Shown here: positions 46,909 to 56,605 of the stretch, in pieces
How the letters are laid out: every line of letters begins with the position of its first letter
Numbering within the stretch: position 1 is the stretch's first letter
Source of the DNA: a virus
Length of the DNA stretch: 64,000 nt
Reading direction: 5' to 3' (one strand)
IMG/VR virus record: IMGVR_UViG_3300021185_003284
Span: 49,072 to 113,071 of that record
The notes under the pieces: model-generated
What the model was told of the DNA's origin: nothing
What the model saw: the letters and a program-made list of their open reading frames with translations, nothing else
Databases searched by the model: none
Translations under genes and position numbers: made by a program

Positions 46909-47694
46909 ATGATTAGACTAAAAGAAATTATCGGATACCCGTCTTTAAAGTACCACTTAGACAACAAGCTCTCATTACATGAGCATGTCTATCGTTATAA
47001 CTCTGAAGCATTTATACAATTATTCAAAGAAGCAAGAGAAGCTCTTAGAGACGAAGCTATAGAGTTAGACGAGACTGATACAGAACTTTTAGAAACAACA
47101 GATATAGGAGAATATGCTGATTATAATGGAATGAGAGTTCCTTTAGATTTACCAATGGTATCTCCTAAATACAATCCTTTGTTCGAAATTGGAGCTTTAA
47201 TCGATGAAATGATCGAAAATGAAGATACAATTGACGAAGCAGCTTCTATAGACGAAATGATTGACTATGAAATGGTCAAAGAATTAGTAGAGTCTATTGG
47301 GGGTAACATAAACATAGACAAATTTAAAAAAGCAGTCTCAATACAAAATGAAAATTTTGACCATAATGGTTTTGAAATGCTTAAAGCGTCAGTAGATTAC
47401 ATACCCGAAGCTGAATACAAAGGTAAAAAGGTTGCACTTAACAAACCTAAAAGAGGTGGAAGTAAAAAATTCTATGTCTACGTTAAGTCTAAGAAAGGAA
47501 ATGTAAAAAAAGTATCTTTCGGTGATACTGGCCTTTCAGTTAAGTTTAAAAAGAAAGGTGCAAGAGCATCATTTGCTGCACGTCATAAATGTGCAACTAA
47601 GAAAGATAAAACAAAAGCAGGTTATTGGTCTTGTAATATAGGCCGTTATTGGAAATCATTAGGCGGTTCATCTAACTTCTCAGGATACTGGTAG
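46909..47694 (+). CDS. Modular protein: acidic N-terminus plus basic C-terminal domain (KKVSFG...RASFAARH.C...AGYWSC)
   Basis: Composition switches after IPE. Confidence 0.6.
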   Translation: MIRLKEIIGYPSLKYHLDNKLSLHEHVYRYNSEAFIQLFKEAREALRDEAIELDETDTELLETTDIGEYADYNGMRVPLDLPMVSPKYNPLFEIGALIDEMIENEDTIDEAASIDEMIDYEMVKELVESIGGNINIDKFKKAVSIQNENFDHNGFEMLKASVDYIPEAEYKGKKVALNKPKRGGSKKFYVYVKSKKGNVKKVSFGDTGLSVKFKKKGARASFAARHKCATKKDKTKAGYWSCNIGRYWKSLGGSSNFSGYW

Positions 47695-47695
47695 T

Positions 47696-48013
47696 ATGAA
47701 ATTAAGTAATATAATATTAGAAGAAACTGAAGAGAGCTTCAACGACTTTGCTGAAGGCAGAGGAGCAGGAGCAGGTAAGATTGCTTCATCCGCTAAAGAT
47801 AAAGGAGGCGACTCCATGTTAACTCACCACCACTTTAATGTTAAGCTTCCTTACTATAAAAAGGCAGCAGCTGGAAACTTTGATTTAAAAAAAGCTAAAG
47901 AAGAGTTTGATACCACGCATAAAAGTATTAACTTTAGTATGAAACCTATAGACTTTCAAAAGGAGATGGGAAGATTAGAAGTATTAGGAGAGTTAATTAT
48001 TAAGCATGGCTAA
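47696..48013 (+). CDS. Probable capsid-internal protein (leader MKLSNIILEE)
   Basis: Shared leader. Confidence 0.55.
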   Translation: MKLSNIILEETEESFNDFAEGRGAGAGKIASSAKDKGGDSMLTHHHFNVKLPYYKKAAAGNFDLKKAKEEFDTTHKSINFSMKPIDFQKEMGRLEVLGELIIKHG

Positions 48014-48269
48014 GCCGTACAGAGAAACACAAGTAGAAGATTTTATAGTTAGAGAATTTTTAGAAGAGACATCTTCTTTTGAATTCGTATGGCATAGAGA
48101 TAAGGAAGATAGATATATACTGCCGACACACATAACAGACTGGCAATTTCAATTAGACAACGATGTACCCCGTATATTAGGAAAAGATAAACTATTTATA
48201 CCTAAAGAGACATATCACCGACTTATTAAAGGAACAGGAGATTTAACTCTAAAGATTTGGAAATTATGA
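48006..48269 (+). CDS. Small cupin-like protein
   Basis: WHRD.EDR...WQFQLD...FIPK..YHR.IKG. Confidence 0.6.
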   Translation: MAKPYRETQVEDFIVREFLEETSSFEFVWHRDKEDRYILPTHITDWQFQLDNDVPRILGKDKLFIPKETYHRLIKGTGDLTLKIWKL

Positions 48270-48625
48270 AACTAAGTAAAATTATTCTTAGCGAAAGTAC
48301 TAAAGTAACTGATCTACAGGGACTTACTTTTGATCTACTTGTATCCATGTTTATAGAGAAACCCATGTTCGGATTTAGCTTACCAAACCCAGACGATTCA
48401 TCAAGGAGTATTCATGCAGAAGATGATTTAAATAGTTGGAAAGCAGAAATTGAAAAAAAATACGGCAACGTAAAAATTAAAATAGATACTAAATCAGAAT
48501 CACCTTGGAATAGAGTACAGGTATTAGATGATAAGTTTAGGAAAGATAAAGAGAGCTATACAGCTGGAAAAGCAGCCTGGCTGGATAAAGAAAGAGCTGC
48601 AGGTAGAACATACGGATTAGATTAG
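48266..48625 (+). CDS. Probable capsid-internal protein (leader MKLSKIILSE)
   Basis: ATGA overlap at 48266; shared leader. Confidence 0.55.
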   Translation: MKLSKIILSESTKVTDLQGLTFDLLVSMFIEKPMFGFSLPNPDDSSRSIHAEDDLNSWKAEIEKKYGNVKIKIDTKSESPWNRVQVLDDKFRKDKESYTAGKAAWLDKERAAGRTYGLD

Positions 48626-48629
48626 TATT

Positions 48630-48824
48630 ATGAAATTATCAAAATTAATATTAGAGAATAAGAGGATTATTCATAGATCAGAAATTAACCTTTCTGAAAA
48701 AGACGTTGACCTACTATCTGAAAATATAACTGGTAAGCTCGAAGAATTTCTAGACACCGGAGATAGGTCATTTCTTAAGAAGACTGTTACCGCAGCAATC
48801 CAAGAACTCTTAAAAGATTCTTAA
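48630..48824 (+). CDS. Probable capsid-internal protein (leader MKLSKLILE)
   Basis: Shared leader. Confidence 0.55.
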   Translation: MKLSKLILENKRIIHRSEINLSEKDVDLLSENITGKLEEFLDTGDRSFLKKTVTAAIQELLKDS

Positions 48825-48827
48825 TAA

Positions 48828-48861
48828 TAGTTGTTTTTACGAATTATTCTTCTTATATTAT
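48828..48861 (+). promoter_or_regulatory. Promoter TTG-N20-TATATTAT upstream of primase
   Basis: Repeated motif. Confidence 0.6.
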
Positions 48862-48884
48862 AGAATAATAGTTACGGACAATCT

Positions 48885-49808
48885 ATGGATTATACTTTCC
48901 TTTTAGGATCCATTGAAAACATCTTAGGCAAAAGTCATAAGAGAGCAAGAGAGAATCATGCTTTCCATTGCCCATTTTGTAATCATAGGAAACCAAAGCT
49001 TGAGATTAATATGGCAACTACCGAAGAAGGTAAGAACTTCTGGGAATGTTGGGTATGTCAAACTCGAGGTCAAACTATTCGTTCTCTACTTAAACAACTA
49101 AAAACACCTAGAGAACAAGCACAGGAGATATTAAAATATCTTCCAAAAGGAACTACAATAGAGTATAAACAACTATCTATAGTAGAGCTTCCTAAAGAGT
49201 ACCAACCTCTTTATAATGCTTCTCCAACATCGGTTGTAGCTAACATAGTAAGAAAATATTTATATGACAGAGGGCTTAACGACAATGATTTTATTAAATA
49301 TAGCATTGGATACTGCACAACTGGAGAATATGGAGGAAGAGTTATTATACCAAGTTATTCTTCATCCAACCAACTCAATTTCTTTATTGCAAGAACTTAC
49401 GACGGAAATTACTTTAAGTACAAAAATCCAGAAGCTTCTAAAGATATAGTATTTTTTGAGAACTTAATTAATTGGAATGCTCCTATTATTCTTTGTGAAG
49501 GAGTATTTGATGCAATAGCTATACGTAGAAATGCTGTTCCGCTACTGGGAAAGAGTGTTTCTAATTCACTTTATAAAAAGATTATAACAACTACTACAAA
49601 CGATATCTATATAGCATTAGACACAGATGCTAGAGATAGAGCTCTCTCAATAGCTGAGAAGTTTTTAAACGAAGGTAAAAGAGTGTTCATAGCAGACCTA
49701 CCAGATAAAGATCCCTCAGAGATGGGTTTCACTACTTTTACAAAATTCATACAGCAAGCTAAGGAATTGGATCTATCAAGCCTTATGCTTCATAAACTAA
49801 ATCTATGA
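48885..49808 (+). CDS. DNA primase (Zn finger plus TOPRIM)
   Basis: CPFC...CWVC, YL..RG, R.IIP, EG.FD, LD.D, KDP. Confidence 0.9.
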   Translation: MDYTFLLGSIENILGKSHKRARENHAFHCPFCNHRKPKLEINMATTEEGKNFWECWVCQTRGQTIRSLLKQLKTPREQAQEILKYLPKGTTIEYKQLSIVELPKEYQPLYNASPTSVVANIVRKYLYDRGLNDNDFIKYSIGYCTTGEYGGRVIIPSYSSSNQLNFFIARTYDGNYFKYKNPEASKDIVFFENLINWNAPIILCEGVFDAIAIRRNAVPLLGKSVSNSLYKKIITTTTNDIYIALDTDARDRALSIAEKFLNEGKRVFIADLPDKDPSEMGFTTFTKFIQQAKELDLSSLMLHKLNL

Positions 49809-50587
49809 TTAAACAAGGAATGAACATTCTTAAAGAGAATGCAAAGAAAAGATTAGACTTTAACCCCGAGTTAAAGCAGATAAATTTTTTAGACCGAAGA
49901 GTCTATAAGAGAAGCGAAGGAGTATATTACCCGTCTGTAACTACAATACTCCAATATATGCCCAAGAATAAGTTTTTTGAAACATGGATGAAAGACGTTG
50001 GGCATAACGCTGATCTTATTATGCGTAAAGCAGGTAAAGAAGGAACTCAAGTACATGAAGCTGCCGAGAAATTAGTAGAGGGAGAAGAAGTAACCTGGAT
50101 GGACGATTATGGGAACGCTAAATACTCTCAACTAGTATGGGAGATGATACTTAAGTTTGCTGAGTTTTGGAAGACATATAAACCTGAACTAATATCATCA
50201 GAACAATTTGTATGGTCAGATAAACATAAGTATGCTGGAACAGCTGATATAGTATGTAAGATGAATGGAGAGACCTGGTTACTGGATATTAAAACTTCTA
50301 ATAGTATACATAAGTCGTATGATCTACAATTGGCTTCCTATGCAAAAGGGTTAAAAGAAAGTAGAGGAGTAACAATAGAGAGAACAGGTATTATTTGGTT
50401 AAAAGCTCACTCTAGAGGTCCAAGTAAACAGAAGAATGTAATTCAAGGTAAAGGATGGAAGCTGTTACAGATAGATGACATAGAAAAAAACTTTAGTTTA
50501 TTTAAAAACATATACGAACTATACTCTTTAGAGAACCCAAATACTGAACCTATTTATAATAGTTACCCTACAACTATAAAAATATGA
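49805..50587 (+). CDS. PD-(D/E)XK exonuclease (Cas4/RecB-like phage nuclease)
   Basis: PSVTTIL, GT.VH, E, AGTAD, DIKTS, QL..Y. Confidence 0.85.
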   Translation: MIKQGMNILKENAKKRLDFNPELKQINFLDRRVYKRSEGVYYPSVTTILQYMPKNKFFETWMKDVGHNADLIMRKAGKEGTQVHEAAEKLVEGEEVTWMDDYGNAKYSQLVWEMILKFAEFWKTYKPELISSEQFVWSDKHKYAGTADIVCKMNGETWLLDIKTSNSIHKSYDLQLASYAKGLKESRGVTIERTGIIWLKAHSRGPSKQKNVIQGKGWKLLQIDDIEKNFSLFKNIYELYSLENPNTEPIYNSYPTTIKI

Positions 50588-51549
50588 AAAAATTTATCTA
50601 TTTAGCGTTAATACTTTCTTTAGCTAGCTGTAAAAGCTACCAACTATCTACCTACTATACAGAACCAGTAACTATTAACGGTATAGAAGCCGATGTTATT
50701 GAAAATGAATTTCAATTAGATAGAAAGTTTAGACTTGACGATAAGTTTAGATGGAACTTTGCACAGTATGCAATGAATCAAGATTTAAGATGGTATTCTG
50801 ATTTCTATTTTAACAATAGGATGTATAGAAGTCCATTTAGTTCACCATTTGATTTTTATTGGAATTCACAACAGTACTGGTGGAATTGGTCATCAAACTA
50901 TTCATTTAATTATGGATTTAACCATTGGGATACTTTTGGATTCAACGGTTGGAATAATTATGGATGGAACAATTACTATTATTTGAATAATGTATATACG
51001 TGGAATAATTGGAGATGGAACAATAGAATAGATAACAACTACTGGGAAGATAGAAGCAGAAGAAACGTTGCTTATATAAACGGTAGAAGAGGGTCTAGAA
51101 ATACTATAGTACAAGCACCAACAGGAACAGTAGGTAGAACTATAGTAAATGTTAACACACCTAGATTAAGGAATGATAGAATTCCTACACCTAACGATAT
51201 TGACATTGTAATTGAAAGACCAGATAGAAGCCTTATTGGAAGATTTATAGATAAAATGGAAGATAAAGGTATAAGAGTAAGAACATATAATAACCCTAAT
51301 CAGATTAATAATGATAAAATTATCAGACCTAATCCTAGAAGCTACAACAGGACCGAAAGCGGTAATAATGGCGGGAGGAGCTGGAACAGGCAAAACGTAC
51401 CTCCTCAACCAACTAGATCTAGGCAGCCTAACGCAGTTCAACCCAGACAAGTACGTGGAGGATCAGGATCACCCGTACTACAACAATCTAGGAGCAGCCA
51501 GCAGCCAAGTAGCCAAGGACGTAGCAGCAGCAGCAGAATTAAAAACTAG
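50584..51549 (+). CDS. Bacteroidota-type lipoprotein with W/N/Y-rich core and R/S/G/Q-rich tail
   Basis: Lipobox LSLASC; low-complexity architecture. Confidence 0.65.
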   Translation: MKKFIYLALILSLASCKSYQLSTYYTEPVTINGIEADVIENEFQLDRKFRLDDKFRWNFAQYAMNQDLRWYSDFYFNNRMYRSPFSSPFDFYWNSQQYWWNWSSNYSFNYGFNHWDTFGFNGWNNYGWNNYYYLNNVYTWNNWRWNNRIDNNYWEDRSRRNVAYINGRRGSRNTIVQAPTGTVGRTIVNVNTPRLRNDRIPTPNDIDIVIERPDRSLIGRFIDKMEDKGIRVRTYNNPNQINNDKIIRPNPRSYNRTESGNNGGRSWNRQNVPPQPTRSRQPNAVQPRQVRGGSGSPVLQQSRSSQQPSSQGRSSSSRIKN

Positions 51550-52249
51550 TTTAGTTTGGGATACCACTGCATCTGGTGTACAGTTTAGAAAAGGACTTGA
51601 TAACCTTTTAAATAAAGGATATAAGGTCTATATGGTAATGGTATATACTCATCCTATGATAGCATATATTTCTAACTTTACTAGAAAGAGAAATATTCCT
51701 GGAGCATCAGTATTTAAAACCTGGAGAAACGTATATCAAAAGATAGCCGAATATGATAAGGCAACTAAAGGTAATTTTTCAATCTTTGTAAATGATTTTG
51801 GAGGTAAGTATGCTAAGGAAGTAGAAGGGTTTAACCTAGCATCTAAAAATGGAGAAGCAGGAATCAAAGACTATTTAACAAAGTATAACGAAAAAACAGG
51901 AGCAGGTAAAAGCTCTTTCTTTAAACCAGTTGAGATGTCATCATCAGAGGAGCAAGAGTTTAATAAAGCTCTTGGTAGTTTAGATTACGATAGAGATAAT
52001 AGATCTGAAGATAAAGCGATTAAGACTGAATTTTTAAAGTACTATAGAAAAAACGGAGTAGGACCAGGTGAAGATCAATTAAAGGTAACTAGGGATAAAT
52101 ATAGAGATAAAAAAGTAAAGCTTGACAAAGAAGCTTCTCAGGTAATGGATAATATTATAGATATGATTTTTAATCCTAAATATCAAGATAAACTTAACCA
52201 TTCATCTCCTAAAGAAATAGATCAAAAAGTACAAGCATTTTTAGCATGA
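51311..52249 (+). CDS. Zeta-toxin-like P-loop kinase with leader MIKLSDLILE
   Basis: AVIMAGGAGTGKT, NPD, VWDTT, M.MVYT....N..R.R. Confidence 0.75.
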   Translation: MIKLSDLILEATTGPKAVIMAGGAGTGKTYLLNQLDLGSLTQFNPDKYVEDQDHPYYNNLGAASSQVAKDVAAAAELKTSLVWDTTASGVQFRKGLDNLLNKGYKVYMVMVYTHPMIAYISNFTRKRNIPGASVFKTWRNVYQKIAEYDKATKGNFSIFVNDFGGKYAKEVEGFNLASKNGEAGIKDYLTKYNEKTGAGKSSFFKPVEMSSSEEQEFNKALGSLDYDRDNRSEDKAIKTEFLKYYRKNGVGPGEDQLKVTRDKYRDKKVKLDKEASQVMDNIIDMIFNPKYQDKLNHSSPKEIDQKVQAFLA

Positions 52250-52728
52250 TAAAACTAGCTAACATATTAATTGAAAGTGAAGGACCAGCTCCTAAAAAAA
52301 TACCATCTGAAATTTGCTGGCATTTGAGTGAGGAAAAAAGACCAACCTTTCCTGACTATGGATTCCATATTGGCACTGAATTACAGTCTTTAGATAGAGG
52401 TCTTCAAATGCTTGGAGACGAAATGGTTGATGATCCTGACAATACAGTCTTTTATTTACATAAAGTAAAAGTAAATCCTTCAGCTGAAATTTATCCTGAT
52501 ATTTTATTTGATGATCCTGAGGAAGGGTATACTGTACCTAGTGACCAAATAGATAAAAATAAAATTTATTTCTACGAAAATGGTCATGAAGGGATAGACG
52601 GTCCGGAACCTAATCTATCAATCTATACTAGTGGTAATAATATTAAATTAGTTCAAATTATAATTCTAGATACAAGAGGATGGGAAGATGGAGAATCAGA
52701 ATTAAACAAAAGATATAACTCTTTATGA
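52246..52728 (+). CDS. Probable capsid-internal protein (leader MIKLANILIE)
   Basis: Shared leader. Confidence 0.55.
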   Translation: MIKLANILIESEGPAPKKIPSEICWHLSEEKRPTFPDYGFHIGTELQSLDRGLQMLGDEMVDDPDNTVFYLHKVKVNPSAEIYPDILFDDPEEGYTVPSDQIDKNKIYFYENGHEGIDGPEPNLSIYTSGNNIKLVQIIILDTRGWEDGESELNKRYNSL

Positions 52729-54578
52729 TAGCATTATACCCAGGAGCATATAAACCACCTCATAGAGGCCATTTTAACGTCGTTAAGTCTTTACTTGATG
52801 GATCGTATAGTGGTGCAATATACAGTAAGGATGATTATAAAGAAAAAGGAGCAGACTTACTTGGAGGTGTTAAATCAGAAAAGCCTAAGATAGATAAAGT
52901 AATTGTATTTGTTGGTGCCGGTGAGAGAAACGGTATTACTAAGGAGGAGTCAATAGCTATCTGGAAGATATATGCTCAGCATTTAGGTAATGTAGAGATA
53001 TTAGATGGACAGAAGAACCCTATGTTTGCTGCAAAAGACTATGCTCAAGCAAGCCCAGATACAGAATTTGTAGCAGTAACAGGCATTAGAGGAGAAAAAG
53101 ACTTTGTAGACTTAAGAAGAGTAACTACGTTTAAAAATGCTCCTAACGTTAAAGGATTAGCATTAGCTTCAAAACCAGGATCTGGATTTAGAGCATCAGA
53201 TTTTAGAAATAAAATACTATCAGGTAACTTAGATCAAATTACTGACTACTTTCCTGAAGAGTTAGATAAGGAAGAAATATTATCAATATTGACAAATTTA
53301 AAAGATAAAATTGTAGCAGAAATAATTGCTTCTAATATTGAAGGCTTTATAAGTGAATATTTTGTTAAAGAAGAAACAGAAGATAATACACCTTCTTTAA
53401 CTAAGTACATGGCATCATTACTTGAGTATATGATTGATGAAGGAATGAAAATAACACCTCTACCAGAAATAAAGACAATCAAAGATGATGTAAATGCAAA
53501 AGATATATTTGGTAAAACAGCTCATTACGATCCAAACAGTAAAGAGATAGTACTTTACACTTCCGGTAGACACGATAAGGATATATTAAGGTCCTTTTCT
53601 CATGAGATGGTTCATCATATGCAAAACCTAGAAGGTAGATTAGGTAATATCCAAACTTCTAATACAAACGAAGATGATAACTTATTAGAATTAGAAAAAG
53701 AAGCTTACTTGAAAGGAAATATTACTTTTCGTAATTGGGAAGATAGTATAAAGAACGAATCAAAAAATGTTATGGCAGAAGGAAAATATGACTCAATAGT
53801 AACTTACCTTACTAACAAGAGTGTTGAAGCAGTGAAGAATGGGTTAATTAGAAAATTAAACCATTACAAAGAAGGTCATTTCGGCGATCCTAAAACTGAA
53901 GAAGCTAGAATTAGTATGAAAAAAGAAATAGAAAAATCATACCCAATTCTACTCATAGATATACCTGACGATATAGATAAAGAGTTCCAGAAAACTATTG
54001 ATCTTGAATTTGACTTTGAATTGAAAGTTATATTTGCTAAAGGCTCAGACTCTATTATGAGAGACGGAGGAGCATACAAAGGAGGTTTCGGACCGGATGA
54101 TGAATTTGAAAGTCCTAAAGTAGAACTGGAATTTGTTCTTGATCCTTATAACTTTCCTAACGACTTTGAAGAATTATCAGGACAGATATCAGATGTATTA
54201 AGACACGAAATAGAACATTTAACTCAAGCAGGAGGAAACGAAAGAGGTAAATCATTTGGAAAAGATTCTCAATTTGGAGGAGAATTTGGAACAGAAGAGG
54301 AGTCTATATTTCGTACAATGATTCAAAAAGGAATATTAGCTAACGGTGTATCGTATTTAACTTTACCATCTGAAATAGATGCTAACATACAGGGATTATA
54401 TCTTTCAGCTAAAAAACAAAAAAGACCTTTTGTTGACGTTGTAGATCAATATCTATACCAATTTACAGACCAATATGATGAGCAAGGAGATCCTTACTTA
54501 ACTAAAAAAGATGTTGAAGATGTAAAGAAAGTATGGGCATTAAGACTACCGGCACTAGGCATTAAACAAAAATTATAA
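52725..54578 (+). CDS. HxGH nucleotidyltransferase fused to two HExxH (zincin-like) modules
   Basis: YPGAYKPPHRGH, RASDFR; HEMVHHMQ...E.EA; HEIEHLTQ...EIDA. Confidence 0.7.
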   Translation: MIALYPGAYKPPHRGHFNVVKSLLDGSYSGAIYSKDDYKEKGADLLGGVKSEKPKIDKVIVFVGAGERNGITKEESIAIWKIYAQHLGNVEILDGQKNPMFAAKDYAQASPDTEFVAVTGIRGEKDFVDLRRVTTFKNAPNVKGLALASKPGSGFRASDFRNKILSGNLDQITDYFPEELDKEEILSILTNLKDKIVAEIIASNIEGFISEYFVKEETEDNTPSLTKYMASLLEYMIDEGMKITPLPEIKTIKDDVNAKDIFGKTAHYDPNSKEIVLYTSGRHDKDILRSFSHEMVHHMQNLEGRLGNIQTSNTNEDDNLLELEKEAYLKGNITFRNWEDSIKNESKNVMAEGKYDSIVTYLTNKSVEAVKNGLIRKLNHYKEGHFGDPKTEEARISMKKEIEKSYPILLIDIPDDIDKEFQKTIDLEFDFELKVIFAKGSDSIMRDGGAYKGGFGPDDEFESPKVELEFVLDPYNFPNDFEELSGQISDVLRHEIEHLTQAGGNERGKSFGKDSQFGGEFGTEEESIFRTMIQKGILANGVSYLTLPSEIDANIQGLYLSAKKQKRPFVDVVDQYLYQFTDQYDEQGDPYLTKKDVEDVKKVWALRLPALGIKQKL

Positions 54579-54588
54579 AATTAAGGTT

Positions 54589-55131
54589 ATGGAAAAATTA
54601 GTAGATTTATTAGAAGCGTACCCGCTTCCAGAAGTAAAAGAAAAACCAAAGTATAAAATATACTGTGATATGGACGGCGTATTAACTGACTTTGAAAAGA
54701 GATTTGAACACTTTAGTGGAATGCACCCACAAGAGTATGAAAAAGCAAAAGGTACTCCTGCATTTTGGGAACTTATAGATAATAAAATTGGAGTTAGATT
54801 TTGGGTTGGAATGGATTGGATGCCTCAAGGCAAAGAGTTATGGAACTTTATATCACCCTACCAGCCGGATTTATTAACTTCTCCTTCTAGACATAATAAC
54901 TCTAGATTAGGAAAACAGTTATGGGCTAAGAATAACCTTAACCCTAAACCAAAAGTAATAATGGCATACTCTAAAGATAAGCAGAGATATGCAAATGAAA
55001 ATAGTATATTAATAGACGATAAAAAGTCAAATATAAATGAATGGGCATCTAAAGGCGGTATAGCTATAAGATGTAAAGACGGTAACGTTAACCATGTTAT
55101 AGAAAAATTAAAAGAGTTAGGTTATGAGTGA
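54589..55131 (+). CDS. 5'(3')-deoxyribonucleotidase-like HAD phosphatase
   Basis: IYCDMDGVLTDF, LTS, GK..W, LIDD...N..EW...GG. Confidence 0.85.
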   Translation: MEKLVDLLEAYPLPEVKEKPKYKIYCDMDGVLTDFEKRFEHFSGMHPQEYEKAKGTPAFWELIDNKIGVRFWVGMDWMPQGKELWNFISPYQPDLLTSPSRHNNSRLGKQLWAKNNLNPKPKVIMAYSKDKQRYANENSILIDDKKSNINEWASKGGIAIRCKDGNVNHVIEKLKELGYE

Positions 55132-55699
55132 TTCATCACTAAAGAAAGAATTTAGACGAGAAGACGTACAGAGAGTTAGAAATATAGTTAATAAAGATTT
55201 TACATCTAAAACTAAATCTCAAACTGGTTATAGTAAGTCTTCTAACAACTATAAAGAAGGAGACCTCTGGGAAGAATCAGGTAAGACCTGGACTATCAAA
55301 AACGGTATTAAGCAGAATATTACTAAGCTAGATGCTGCAAAAAAAGCTATGAGGATACCTCTTGCTTGCCCAAAATGTGGAGGTTCTATGAAACATCACT
55401 TAGCTAAAAAAATGTATAAGATACACGGTTTTTGTTTTGACTGTACCCTACAGTATGAAGCAGAGCTTAGAAAAGCCGGTTTATTTAAAAAGTATGAAGC
55501 AAGTATGATTAATGGATCGATAGATGCATTTGCAAAAGACCTTACCTCCTGGGTTAATGAATACAGCGTCCAGTCAAGTAGCTTCGTCACAGAACAGGGG
55601 GTTATAGAGGATTGGAACAGTAATACTACCTCTCAGAATAATAAAGTCATGACCAACTTGAAAGAATTTATTGAAGTTTTAAATAAAGCGAAAAAGTAA
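55124..55699 (+). CDS. Zinc-finger hypothetical protein
   Basis: CPKC...CFDC. Confidence 0.65.
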   Translation: MSDSSLKKEFRREDVQRVRNIVNKDFTSKTKSQTGYSKSSNNYKEGDLWEESGKTWTIKNGIKQNITKLDAAKKAMRIPLACPKCGGSMKHHLAKKMYKIHGFCFDCTLQYEAELRKAGLFKKYEASMINGSIDAFAKDLTSWVNEYSVQSSSFVTEQGVIEDWNSNTTSQNNKVMTNLKEFIEVLNKAKK

Positions 55700-55762
55700 A
55701 GTATTTATATATAAGAAAGTACTCCGAAGAGGATACAGTAATAATACAAAACAATACTACAA

Positions 55763-56119
55763 ATGACTCAAAAAGAAGTACTAGATGCTCTGTTAGCTGA
55801 AATCAAGCACATCAAGACTCACATGCCAAATGGTGAATTAAAACAAATGGCAAGAGATTTTGAAAGCATGAAAGAGGACTTATCAGACCTAAAGTATACA
55901 CTACTAAATCCTGAAAATGGAGTTATAGTTAATACTAACAGAAATACCGAATATAGAAAAGAACTCGAAAATAACGAAGTTGACTTTAGAAATAAGTTAA
56001 TGGAAATAGAAGATCTTAAAAGATGGAAGGAAGGAGTTACAAGGGCACTGTGGATTATCTTTGGTATTTTAGCAACAGTCGTAATTAGAATGATACTAAT
56101 GCATTCAGAACAAGGATAA
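55763..56119 (+). CDS. Coiled-coil protein with C-terminal TM helix
   Basis: TATTTATA at 55702; ALWIIFGILATVVI. Confidence 0.6.
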   Translation: MTQKEVLDALLAEIKHIKTHMPNGELKQMARDFESMKEDLSDLKYTLLNPENGVIVNTNRNTEYRKELENNEVDFRNKLMEIEDLKRWKEGVTRALWIIFGILATVVIRMILMHSEQG

Positions 56120-56126
56120 TAAAATA

Positions 56127-56327
56127 ATGTCTATAAAATTAAAACCATCAACAAAACAGTATATAAAAGATTCTAGAGGTAAAATGACTAATAAGTGGAC
56201 TATGTTACATTTTCCACCTTCAAGTTTTAAAACAAAAGAATTAAAGGAGATGTACAGCAGTAACGCCTACAGTAGAAAAAAACATCTAATTAAAAAAGAA
56301 TTAGAAAACAGAGGTCAAGAAGTATGA
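56127..56327 (+). CDS. Small basic protein
   Basis: ORF. Confidence 0.55.
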   Translation: MSIKLKPSTKQYIKDSRGKMTNKWTMLHFPPSSFKTKELKEMYSSNAYSRKKHLIKKELENRGQEV

Positions 56328-56602
56328 AAAAATCTGAATTAATAAATGCTATTAAAGAAGTATTAGCAGAAGAAAAACCAGGTCTATGGGCTAACATCAG
56401 AGCTAAAAGAGCTAGAGGTGAAAAACCTGCTCATAAAAACTCTAACGCACATAAAGATGCAGTTAAGGCTGGTAAGAAGATTAACAAAGAAGGTCTTTGG
56501 GCTAATATTAATGCTAAGAAAAAAGCAGGTAAGAAACCTTCTCATGGTAATTCTAATGCTCACAAAGATGCAGAAAAGGCTGGTAATAAGTTAAAACCAT
56601 AA
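56324..56602 (+). CDS. Basic protein with two tandem GLWANI.AK repeats (probably capsid-internal and DNA-binding)
   Basis: Internal duplication of ~37 aa; leader ending LAE. Confidence 0.65.
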   Translation: MKKSELINAIKEVLAEEKPGLWANIRAKRARGEKPAHKNSNAHKDAVKAGKKINKEGLWANINAKKKAGKKPSHGNSNAHKDAEKAGNKLKP

Positions 56603-56605
56603 ATA

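Noticed and set aside
51311-52249. Zeta/epsilon toxin-antitoxin module
   Set aside because: No epsilon-like antitoxin is adjacent; only the kinase fold is supported.
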